A DNA stretch of 60,000 bases from NCBI GenBank assembly GCA_051294905.1, contig CM119372.1, positions 24,988,001 to 25,048,000 on the forward strand, in the 5' to 3' direction. The position numbers and the translations under genes are program-made. Source of the DNA: Botryllus schlosseri (taxonomy: Eukaryota). How positions within the stretch are numbered: position 1 is the stretch's first letter; every line of letters starts with the position of its first letter. Positions 1 through 11,900 of the stretch are shown piece after piece. The notes under the pieces are model-generated. The model was given only the letters and a program-made list of their open reading frames with translations. It searched no databases and was not told the DNA's origin.

Positions 1-256
1 GGTTACCATATTTTGGTAATCTGAAAAGAGGACACTCTTTCCAATTTTTAGACTTACAACGCTGGAGTAAAATCCTGAAAAAATGCCAAATTTTTCCTGG
101 CATTGTGGTCGGTTGACTAAAAAATGAAAAAAAAAGGTCATTTTTCTGGCTCAAGTACCAATAACCATGTCGGACCGTTACTTGGCTGCTGAATTCCTGT
201 AACTCATTCCAATTTCCATGTGCATTTAAATAAAAAAGAGGACATATGGTAACCCT
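1..256. mobile_element. MITE of the TAGGGTTACCATA-TIR family (left end cut by window edge)
   Basis: Starts ggttaccatattttgg..aaaagaggacac and ends aaagaggacatatggtaacccta; same family as 43600-44029 and ~46900-47165. Confidence 0.6.
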
Positions 257-387
257 ATGTAACAAAGTACTTCTCCTTTTTCAGAGTAGTCCAGTAGGTT
301 TTGCCTAATTGCACTACTTCTACGCAATAGCTATTCTTACTCAACAGCTACAACTATGGTGAGTGAAATTGAACATAACAACTGGGC

Positions 388-834
388 GCAGGGTTTTAAC
401 CAAGTCACAAGGTTCCGAGTCACAACTCAATCTGACTTTTACAGTTTTGACTTGAGTCAAGTCGAGTCATTTTCAATTCACCACCGAGTCCAGTCCAAGT
501 CAGTGAGAAGAGGGTCGAGTTCAAGTCATTGTGTGCAGTGCACTGTTCAGTTTTGTGTTCAATCCAGTGCAAAGCACTTTTTTCAACTCTGCTCGAGTGA
601 TATAGAATGGCTCACCTTCATAGTATAGTAATTATCACCAGTCCTGACAGTTTCTGGCCCTATTTTCCAAGTATCAGGACTGACAGACGAAATACCAATA
701 ATGTGGTAACTTCGAAGTCCTCGTCTCGAGTCACATGACTTGGGTACATGACTCAAGTAGAGTCATTTTACACATTTGGAAAAATGACTCAAGTCGAGTC
801 ACCAAAAAATCATGACTCGCGTCATTACAACCAT
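388..834. mobile_element. Non-autonomous DNA transposon (GACTCGAGTC-rich MITE family, ends cagggttgtaa/ttacaaccctg)
   Basis: Shares long blocks in inverted orientation with 12400-12879; many gactcgagtc/gtcaagtc motifs. Related pieces at ~18060-18650, ~22794-22950 and ~36420-36540. Confidence 0.65.
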
Positions 835-924
835 GACTGAGCGACTGCTACTGAGCACTGACCAGAGTACTTTTTGAACCTAGATTTTTAAAATTTCACT
901 CAAAGCAGTTTTGATGTACCACGG

Positions 925-2238
925 CAGTGCTTTTCAACCTGTGTGACGGTTTGCACGTGTGCGAATGAAAATCCGGATCAAGTGCGAATGAAAATCGTGA
1001 TTATTAATTGTTAACTTTTCTGACGTGGAATAATTCAAATAAACCTAATAGGAAATTTAAGATCAGTGTAGCTAACTTTTGTAGTTGCGGCGCAATTGTA
1101 AAAACTTAATACGACACGCTCTCACAAGCCGTAGTGACTTAATATTTCCGCACTCTAATTATTACGTAACCAAAGGCCTGGTTTGAAGCTGGTCTAGTGG
1201 CAGTATAGAGATCTCTACAATCTCTATAGTGGCAGACATGCAGTATATCAGCCTGTCTGAGCCTGCGGATGCTGGATGGCCAAACCTTTCTAGATGGATT
1301 GGATATGCTCCGTTGTCTTCACGGAATAGTCCCGTTCTTGCAATCTTAGTAGACAGTAGTACAACAACTGCGATACGCAGAGGAATTTAATTCGCCCTGA
1401 TTTGAAATCGCGTGCGTCAAACATGTTTTGTAGAGCTGTGTTGGATAGAATTGTGGTGTTCGCGTTCTGTATGTCATACATGCCCGTAAAATCGTAGCAT
1501 ACAACTGTAATATTAAAAATAAATTCCTTTTCATGGGTGGGGCTCGGGTCGCGAGATGTCACAAAAACTCAGATTTTGGGGGTTGTCTAAAAGCTGCTTT
1601 ACCGTTATTAAACTGTCATGAATTCTCAAGCTAGATTGAGCTAAAGAGTAGAACACACAGTATCGTGAGTGTATTTGCTCTTCTTATAAACTTGCGAGAC
1701 AGAAGTTGGAGCAACGTATCATCAGGTAGCGAGCTCTAATGTACCTACTCTCCTTGATCGTTTCGTACTTTATGTTCTAAAGAAATAAAGAAAAAGCCTC
1801 AACACAATCATGTGGGTTTTTCATCCTATCGACAAACTGGAGCCTCGTGTCAGCTCTCAAATACGATTTCTGCCAGCAAGCAATTTTCACTCGCGAAAAA
1901 TACGCTTTATTTTGGATAGGAGTGCAGAACAGATTTCAAGACCTGGCCATCCAAGCACTAGTAGACGTTTTTGTACAAATACCCATCAACATTGATTGGC
2001 CGAGAAGGGTTTTAGCGACATAATTGAAAGCAAAACGAGCGAAAAAGGTGTCTTTTTATTAAGACACTTGATAGCTTAAGCCACATAGTAGCCAATTTGT
2101 TGCACATCTGAACAAAATGTTTTTAAGTAGGCCTATATTCATCTACTTTTTTTATAACAATTTTCGATTAGTTTGTGCGAATGAAATTTATTTTACAAAA
2201 AAAGTGCGAACGGAGCACAAAAAGGTTGAAAAGCACTG
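925..2238. mobile_element. hAT-type non-autonomous element
   Basis: TIRs cagtgcttttcaacct / aggttgaaaagcactg; perfect 8-bp TSD taccacgg at 917-924 and 2239-2246. Related copy at 13416-14495. Confidence 0.85.
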
Positions 2239-2307
2239 TACCACGGGAATCCACTACTGGTGCTTATAATAGAGTATAAATTCACCGCGTGACTTCTAGT
2301 AGATGAC

Positions 2308-2884
2308 TAGGGCTGGGCACAACGATTGTAGTGCTCAAATCTGAATCATACCAATTGTAATGATTCAAGTAGAGCAGTATTTCCGGTACAGAAATTCAGC
2401 TCCCTCAAATTATGAGTTACTCTATCAATCAGAACTGTTTTCAATTCTTTTCTCTCAACAAACAGCCTACCAATATCCATGCAAATGACCTTCGTGTGAA
2501 GCGGTAATGTACCTGCAACGCATGATCACGACACACGCCATGTCTAGTCATACTCAAGAACGACAAAATTATTCTGATCAAGTGCGACTGGCATTATATT
2601 ATTAAAGGTACAATCTGAACTTTGCAATTGTTGTTACTGTATATGACATAAAAATGATGATTTTGTCCTGCTATACGGATAGGGCACGTAAAATTGACGA
2701 CTATGGGTATGTAAAATTAAGTATTAGTTGAGTGGAATATCATGAAATGTTCAAATACCTTCCTTTTATGATATATTACTCTTTAGTGGATAGGGGCTTG
2801 TAATTTCAGTACTCAAAGAATAGTGTCTCACTACTCAACTCGAATCATCACAATACTCCATTCGGATCATTCTGCCCAGCCCTA
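2308..2884. mobile_element. hAT-type MITE
   Basis: TIR tagggctgggca / tgcccagcccta; flanks tagatgac vs ttgatgac (7/8 TSD match). Confidence 0.7.
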
Positions 2885-2901
2885 TTGATGACATGAGCCG
2901 G

Positions 2902-5900
2902 TTAACGACAAATTAATAGCACCCATTGACTCACGTAAGACTGGGCCGGCATCATGTAAGACACCATCAGCCCCGGCACTTGGGACTGGTCGATCGGCGA
3001 CGGATTCGGGTCCACGACCACCGGCACGGAAGGCTGAGCGCTGGAAGTGAGCGGCACGATGAAAGTTTTCTGCGTGCTGAACATCGGATATCCCAGCGAC
3101 GCGGTCGGGTCCGACTTTGTCAGAGTAGAAGCCGGAGGCAGAGTCGTCGTAGCGAAAGTCGAGACGTCCGAGACCGTCGTGAACTGAGCGTGGTACGTTT
3201 GCTCCGACTGCGGTACGGGATACGAGAAATGATGGGAGGTCTTTTCGTTGTTTATCAAGGTAGCTTCGGAAACTTGACCTTCGCCTAAATCGCAAAACTC
3301 TGTCACACCGTATTTGCATTTTCCCGAACAAGACAAAAGCCAGCACCTGCTACCAGGCTGACGTGTTCCGTAATGTTGGCGATGATCTCCTCGTCGCTTT
3401 TGCCAAGGTTCATGTCGCTCGATGAAATAGGAAAAGGGAATGACTGAAAACAAGTGAGGGGTTTAATTGGAGATCAGGCGACGTATCGTACATGTTGCAA
3501 TAAAATAATAAGGCGTTTCACAACCTTTTTTTCACCACATAACTCTTTTTTGCGATTTCTGACGGGATATCAAACGAAAGGTCATTTTGACACGATGAGA
3601 AATTAAAAACAATCTATGCCCTGGCGGTTTTGGTGTTCGGATGTACGGCAAGGGATTCCAGAAGGATAGTACCTTATTTAATGTTTTTAAATCTAGAACC
3701 ACACTAAATTTAGAAAAATAGCAGGGAGAAATTTGAAAACTGTGCAAAAACAAGTGGAGCTAAGTAAGCCCACCGGAACGCTTCAAAACAGAACTCACGA
3801 GCAGTGACTTGTTAGCATTGTTGTTTTTGGAACTCTGGATTTTCTTCCCTTTGCCCGTCTTTGCATCCTCGGGAGACGGGGGTAGCGGCCCTTTCCTCCA
3901 AATACCCACCGCGTAATCGGGAACGAAAACGTCGTGCTCCTTTTTCTTGTGGCATTTCAAGCTCCTATTGGCTTTGTAACGCATGCCGCAGATGTCGCAG
4001 ACGTAAGGCTTTTCACCTGAGATGAAAGAGGAATCGTGGCTCGCCGTGCAGTAGAAATAGGCGAGCAGGATGACAGCAATTTGCGTTTTATCCTCTGTAT
4101 TTGGCTCATTGTAAAGGGACGCATGCTGACAGCGTGACATACACAAGAATAATCATGTCCGATTGTAATGATTCGAGTCGAATCTTTTGTCCAATAAAAA
4201 TATAGGTCTTCAAACCAATAGTAATATTTTATCCATATAGATTCAATAAGTCATCCACCCTCACAATGGTTGCAAAGCACTACAAAATAATCGTGGTTCA
4301 AAAAGTGGAAATCATTTTGAAAGGCATGTATCGGGCAACATTTACCTCGGGGTCGCAAAGGACATACCTATCTGAACACATTGATACTGTTCTGACTTCA
4401 TAATAGTTGGTACTCGATTTTGGCTGGCCCTACCAATCAAGAGGCCAATCACACTCCCGATTTTCCGATTATCCTATACAGTTTGCCTCAAACTGTACCG
4501 ACAAGTCTTGATAGGATACATACCGAGAGTTAAAAACACCTATTCAATAATTCACAGCGAGCAAAACAGCACCAACCAGAACCTGGAATCAGATTGGATT
4601 TGAGGATTTCACGAATAATACATTTGGCCAAATCCAGTTTTCGATCAAGTATTTATTTGACAGTTGCTACTAAGCTAGCACTCAATGACGGCGGAATTTT
4701 CAATTACCTGTGTGCATACGCGTGTGTTCGATCAACTTCGTTTTTCTGGGGAAACTCTTCCCGCATTTATCGCAAACAAACGGTCGGCTTTTGTTGTGGA
4801 TGTCGGCGACGTGCCTTGTTAGACCGCACTTGTGCGCAAAAATCTTCAGGCAAATATGGCATTGAAACCTGCGAAAAGTAAGGAGTTTAGGCAAGTCGTC
4901 AGTATGGTCGGCTGTAGCGGAGCGTTATCATGTTTGCTAATTTGATTGCGTTTACAGATCAGAAAATGCAATAAAGGCATAAAACATGAATTACCTGTCA
5001 ACAGGGGACTGGCAGAAAGAAGTGAATATTCAATATAATTTTTAATTCTATAATATAACTGTCGCCTTAGACCAGTGGTTCTCAACCGATGTTCCGTGGC
5101 ACACTAGGGTGCCGATTGAACCACACAGGGGTGCCACGAGAAAGCAAGATCAACATGATTTAAAAAAGCATCGTCAATCTACGTCATATCTCTGAGATGC
5201 TTCCGTCCTGGAGTGCGCAACTTACTGGTTCACAGACAACTGAATCATATTTTTCAACTTGAAGTGGAAAATGGCGACTAAATACACGAGTCTGTGATGC
5301 ACATTCTTTCATTTCAAACCCAGAACAAAAAATGCTCAATTTTGCCTAAAAAACTGTTCAAGAAGAGGCGGAAGTAGTTATAGCCACTCTAGCAAGTGAT
5401 GCAAGTTGGCACACACTACCCAAGTACTCCAAAAAAGTAGAAGTAGGTACTTGATTACTGACATCTCAAGTTAAGATTATCTTCATTAGTGCGATTCGCA
5501 GTGTAATAACAAACGCTACCATAAAATAGAACACAAATCCACAATCATAAAACATACAAAATGAGACTTACTGTCTCTTGATACCCTGGTGCTGCATCTC
5601 GTGTTCTCTGGCGTGAATTTTCTGAACAAAGCATTTCCCGCAGATCGAACAAATGTACGGCTTCTCGCCTGGAAGCGCAAACGAAACGTTCGACGCGTTC
5701 ATGAGCACAAAGCGTACAATCACCAACCCGTATGGAGCAACATATGCATTTTCAAGCTGCTCTTGTAGGGGAATCTCTTGTTGCACATTGTACAGACGAA
5801 CCTCTCCTCTCCTGTGTGCGTTCTACGATGGAGCTGCCAAAAATACGCTGGCTTACGCGGAGGTGGTCGGCAACGAATCACTTTTACTTTTTCGGAGCAC

Positions 5901-8900
5901 TCAAGTAGATTTTGCCTGCTTGCACTAATTACCATGTGGTGTGACTTCAGACTACTTCCACTCCACAGTTTTTTAGACAAAACTACTTACTTTTTAAGTT
6001 TCGGATTTAGTAAAGTAAAAAGGTGTTTGGGGATCTGTTGCATCATTTTTACGAGTGAGTAATTTTCAAGTAGTTTTGACATGTCTTGGAAATCACCACT
6101 TACAATTTAAATTCAAGATCTTCTTGGAGGTACAGATCTTCAATATACAATAGTATATTCATATTGAAATGAACCCGAATATTTTCAGCTGACACTCGTA
6201 AGGGGTAATCGTCAGCAACTAGTAGAGCATCGGAAAGAACATTGTATGTCAAATCGCAAAATATGACGTCACCGACATGAAATATTGGATAATCAGGGCG
6301 CGCTTAAGCTAAATGTTAGATGATACACAAACTCCTTCTGTAGGCACAGGTCTGGTTGGCGTATTTTGATAAAAGTTGAATCCAAGGCACCCACAAACGA
6401 AAGTGCAAAAACTACCTCACCCGACAACACTGAATGTGTCGACCCGGTAATTTTTCGCGCAGACAGGATTATCCAACAAATGTTTGCCAATGGCAGAATT
6501 TATGGCCTTTGCCTGCTCTGAATCAATGTAAATTGAGTAGAAATTTAAGGTGATGCTTCTACTTCTATTTCAGTACCAACGATGATTGCTTAGACCACTT
6601 CTGGGCATTAACAATGATGTGTCCTTAGTCCTAAGGAGTGCCTACTATTTCATCAAGGATAGAATAGTTTCGCGATGGGGTTAGTGCAGTGCATGCTGAC
6701 ATCTTAATCCAATTCGACACCAGGTTTGCCTCAAATTCAAACAAACAACCTCACGATACCTGCATCACATATTCGCTGGTAAAAGTCTTGTCGCAGTCCG
6801 GACATTTCGTTCTCATCTTCTTCTGGTTGTGTTTGGCCATGTGCTTTGTCATTTCGCGCTGCGAAAATATCTTCTCGTCGCAGTTCGAACAAGGCAGCCC
6901 GCCGTTGTGGAATTGCATGTGTCGGTTCAAGGCGTTCCTGAAAAGTAACAGTTCAACAGATCCTGGCGAAGATTGGTGAAGCGCATTTCTACCTATTGAT
7001 AATACGGGAAATAGAAACTCCATCATTTTCAGCTTTAGTTTGTTACAATGTTTCTTTAAGATAAATTACATCGCTAGGTTTACGAGAGCAAAGTTCACAA
7101 ACTACAAAATTACTGTTTTTCACAAATTACTTTAGAACACATTTTCTCCAAATTAGATTACAATTAGAATTACCAAATGCGTAGAAACTCGAAATATATT
7201 CTGAATGAGAAAGATATGTAGTAAGAATTCAGTTCAAAACAAATCAGAGTTCATTATAATAAAGATGAGAATGGAAAATGTCTGTGTACGAAGCTTGGCT
7301 CGTTTCGCACTATACAGTTCTCCTGTGTCATTTTCAGAAAGACAAGAAATTACAACAGATTTAAAACTAGAGCATAGAAACATTTCACAAATTAGATCAG
7401 ACTTAGATGACCGGCATTTCGGCCTAATTAGACTAGAATTATTCAGTTGTCAAAGTCTGCACGAGAGGTCATCTCATCCTGAATTTTCACAAGGCATCAT
7501 TGGCATTATAAAGACGATTCAAACCTGACTGATTGACTTCAGGGTCGAGTTTTAGACTATTTTTTGAGTACCTGACATTATGATGTCAAACAACGTAAGA
7601 GATACTGAAAAAATTCAAACTTATCGAGTCATCATGAATTTTCGTTGCAGACATGATAAATCAGTCACTACTGCCAATGGCAGAGAGACATACGTTTTGA
7701 GGTATGGAACTTTAATACACATTCTAATAATATATTCATAATAAATATGTGAAAACCCTAATCTTTTCGAGCCAATACTCTTCAGGGGCAATCGTTAGCA
7801 AATGAGGAATTTTAATAACTTTAATATAACTACATCGCTTAGTGTCAGAATAACATGCTTTTGGTTTTAATATATCTTTATCGCGAACAAAATGGTAACG
7901 AGAAGACTTTGACGGTTACTACCTGTATTTGAAATTTTCTCCGCAGACATGACACGTTATCACCTTGGAATGGGTCTTCATGTGCGTCTGCAAGAAAGAG
8001 AATTCTCAAAGACACACCGCGGCGTACCGGAAGTCAAGAGAACAAACGAATCGGTCACCCGCATGTCAGTAACTTCTTTTCCGCAATCGCTGCATATCTG
8101 AGAATCGTCTTCGCCGCTCTTAGACTGAAATATATCACAAACATTTGCTAGGAGGTGAATTTTTTCAATTGCGACAACATGATTTGGTCGCGGCGGAGTC
8201 GAGAAGGGATCTGAATAATCAGTGAAATTTGTGTGTACATAGTTTGAACTTATTAACACTATACATAAAACTTGAGAGATACGGATACAGATAAGACATT
8301 TTTTGAGAAATTCCAGTTCTAGTTGAGGATTTTTAAAAGTGTGCAGTTCTAGTTTTATTGAATAGTATATTCATATTGAAATGAACCCGAATATTTTCGG
8401 CTGACACTCGTCAGGGGAAATCGTCTTCAACTAGTAGAGAATTCAAAAGAACATCGTATATCAACAATCGTAACACAAAATATGACATCACCTGCATGAA
8501 ATGTCGAATACGAGAGCGTTCAATGTACTCTTTTTAGATGATACACGAACTCTTTTTGTTGACACAGCCTCGACTGGTGTCTTTTGATAAAAGTCGACTC
8601 CAAGGCACACAAATGAAAGTGTGAGCGACCCTTTCCGAGTATGCGAAATCTGTCGTCTCGATAATTTTTCGCACAGGCGGGATTATCCAACAAGTGCTTG
8701 CCAATTGCAGAATTTATGGCCTTTGATTGTTCCGCATCAGTCTCGAGCGGATGACGATTACCCCTGACGAGTGTCAGCCGAAAATATTCGGGTTCATTTC
8801 AATATGAATATACTATTCAATTGTATATTGAAGTTCTGTACCTCCAAGAAGCTGTTCTAGTTTGATCTTAAATACCTTTCTTTTTTTCCTGGCCTTCATT

Positions 8901-11900
8901 TTAGAACTGCAATCCTGTGAATAGAAAATTCGAATATGAATGACACTTGCCGGGAAATTTCTCACCTTGTTTTACCTTGTCATGTTCGGCTCCCGCAAGA
9001 CTTTTGCCGAAGGTACTAGACGCTTCCTCAACAAAACTCTGAAAGATCAGTTGTAGCGAGTTAAAATCTGTCGAAGCCAGAAAATTAGCACTGATCGAAT
9101 TCCGGCCAAACGTCTTTCAATGGGTTTCCTTCCGAAATTGCGGAAGCCTTCAAATCTCGATTGGCCGTATCATAGAACTAAAACATGAAGCACACACTTG
9201 CGTCATCTCAAAGTGACACAAAATTGGTACGGCCGAAATTTACCAAAAAAACTTGAACGCGATCGCATAAAAGGTACACAGATTTGAACTTTCAAAATAA
9301 GCCAAGCGGTTGTTACGTCGCAATGAGCGATACTCCATTAAGAGTCGAATCACTCGCGAACTCGGTTTTGCACAACCCTTATCCTATTATGCCGCAACAA
9401 TAATCTCGCTAACCTGGCCTAAACCGTGAGAATCATTCTCATTAACGGCGGTAAACACAATCTCCTGTTCCATGGGTCGCCACTCCGCTTCCGTTTCCAC
9501 AACTTCCAGCTCCTCATCCACCGAATCCTCCGATAACACAAACGGTCGAACCACCTCCAACTCCGTCATGGTCTCGGCTCCGGTTTCGATATTGCGATCG
9601 TTGTTCACTACAATCGAACATGCTTCGTTCGCATTAAACGAGCCGTTGTCTTGATTTTGTCCGGGCGCTTTTGTGACCTTTTGTTCGACTCCAAACTTGG
9701 ACTTCATCATTTCGTGAAACTTCGCAGTAGAGGCTCTCATCGGCCGCTGCGAAGTTTTAGGAGTGTCGCCCCGATGCGGCGACACGCTTGTGTCGGATTG
9801 CGAGATCACGCTGGTGACAGCGATTTCAGTTTCAGACTCGTCATCTTCGTCTAGCTGCTTATTTCTCGACAGCGCCTTCTCGATTTCCGTTATGTGGTTC
9901 TTCATGTGAACCTGTAACACAGTGGTTCTTAACCTCCTTGTGACGGCGATCGCCTTTAAGCTGGATTTTACGAGCACGTTTCAATAGACAAAAGGTTCAC
10001 TTCACAAGACTTGACCCCTTTCTATTTTTTTTTAGAAAGATGAGATCCTCGTCTTGTCAATTATGTATTCACACAAGGTCCGCAAAGAAGAACTTGTGGT
10101 ACAAAATCCGAGATCCTTGAATGAGGACTCAGCCAGTTGGCGCTATGAGGCTGCAAATACCACAGCAAAGTGTTGTTAGGAGTCTCACCTTTTCAGTGAT
10201 ACCTGATCGAACCATATGAGAGTGTTAGTTTGAAAATGATCAATCAGAAATGTCTTCCGGCCTAATTGGTGTGACTCTTATACAAACAACAATGACTCAT
10301 CGCTTCCTGCATTTTTGATTGGTTGCATCGACCCCTATCGTGACGTAGTCCGCAGTGCAACCAAAGTTAGCGTCGACATGGATAAAAATTCTGAGTAGCT
10401 TTACTGCGACATTTGGCAAGCTTCCGGCTAAAAAATATGGCTGCTTTCGCCCAGTGTTAACAATTGTTCGTATCGTCCGAGTGGCTATTGGCAGTTGGCA
10501 CCCGTGGTGAGCATTGAAAATAAGGACACAAGTGAAGAATAAGGACAGATTTTATAAATGAGGACAGTGTAGTTTTATAGTTGTTGTTTCAACATTGGAA
10601 TTTGATGGACCCCTTCGAACCCCAGTTTAATATGGCACTGCGCTCTTAAATGAAGTGGTCTCAAATTAAAGATGAAAGTGAGAGAAATTTTTTGGGCGCA
10701 ACCATTTTCCTCGGAACGTCACAGTATTCAAACAGCAGGAAAAAGTGTTAGTTTCCACTCTAGCTCATCTCTGTGGCTTTTCAACACATTGTGAAAATTG
10801 TGGCAATGTGGCATGCATCACTTTCTTGACGAGATCAGGCAGGATATTTGTGATAGTTATCAGCCTAAATTATGAAGCGGTTTAGTTACAGTAAGGTGTA
10901 CCCCGTTGTTACGTCGTCTGTACCGTAACTAAACCATCGTGCCCCTTTAAGAACCCAAGTTGTAAGGTAAGTACTGAACATAAGTACATGACAATTTGTA
11001 ACTACAAAGACGAGATCAGTGGCTCTTAACCTGGATTTGATTGAACTCCAGGGATTTAGTGATTCAGTCTCAATGGTTCGGAGGTCAAGACTTTAAGATA
11101 CTCATGCCGTTTGTAACAAGATATCTGTGCGATCAGCCGGTCAGTGTGCTATACAAGTATGGTATGATATAACAACGAAGAAGAAAAGCAGCGGACGGAA
11201 CCTCGTAGATGGACGCGTCTTTGAACACTTTCTGACAGGTGGGACATTGCAGCCTTCTGACGGCCCGGGCCTTGTTTGTGCACTTTGGAGATCCATTGCT
11301 TTGCTCCTTTTCGCTATTGGACGCAGATCTGATATTGAAAGATGGTTGGTTCATTAGTTAGTTTGTTAGTAGCGAATTCCATCCAAGACACACCAAAATT
11401 ACTCAAGTAGATGCCGACACGGACAGTTGCAATTTGAATTCCAGATACCGTCACCAATTCACTCATTAGTATGACGCAAACATATATACAACACTAACGA
11501 ACTAGTTACAAGTGTTAATTTCCTAAACAATGCTGACGTGGAAGCAAACTCACAATTCATACCTCAACCACAACAAATCATTGCATATGACCATCGAAGT
11601 ACATATATAAAGCTATAAGAAAACAATTACCGAATTCCATATTGACCGTCCATATTGCCACAGTGCACTTCGTCAGTTACGTCCTAAAAAAACAGTTAAC
11701 AAGATTATTTTACTGCAGTCCCCTCCAGAGTTATGTCGGCATGGACGTGTGGTAATTTGGGCTGGACAAAATGTATCACTCATTTGAAGAATTTTTCATG
11801 CTGTAAGATTCGATCAGACGTGTCAAGCTCGCTGAGCTGATATTACTGAATGTGAATTTTACCAATTTTCGAACCAGAGTGGCATATTTGAGGTACACGC

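Larger units (their letters stand above)
8356..8853 (-). mobile_element. Penelope-like element fragment with inverted pseudo-LTR
   Basis: Minus-strand copy of the GIY-YIG C-terminal region (~8530-8750) plus pLTR, joined to an inverted pLTR (~8750-8851); flanked by a 10-bp direct repeat gttctagttt (8346-8355 / 8854-8863). Confidence 0.8.
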
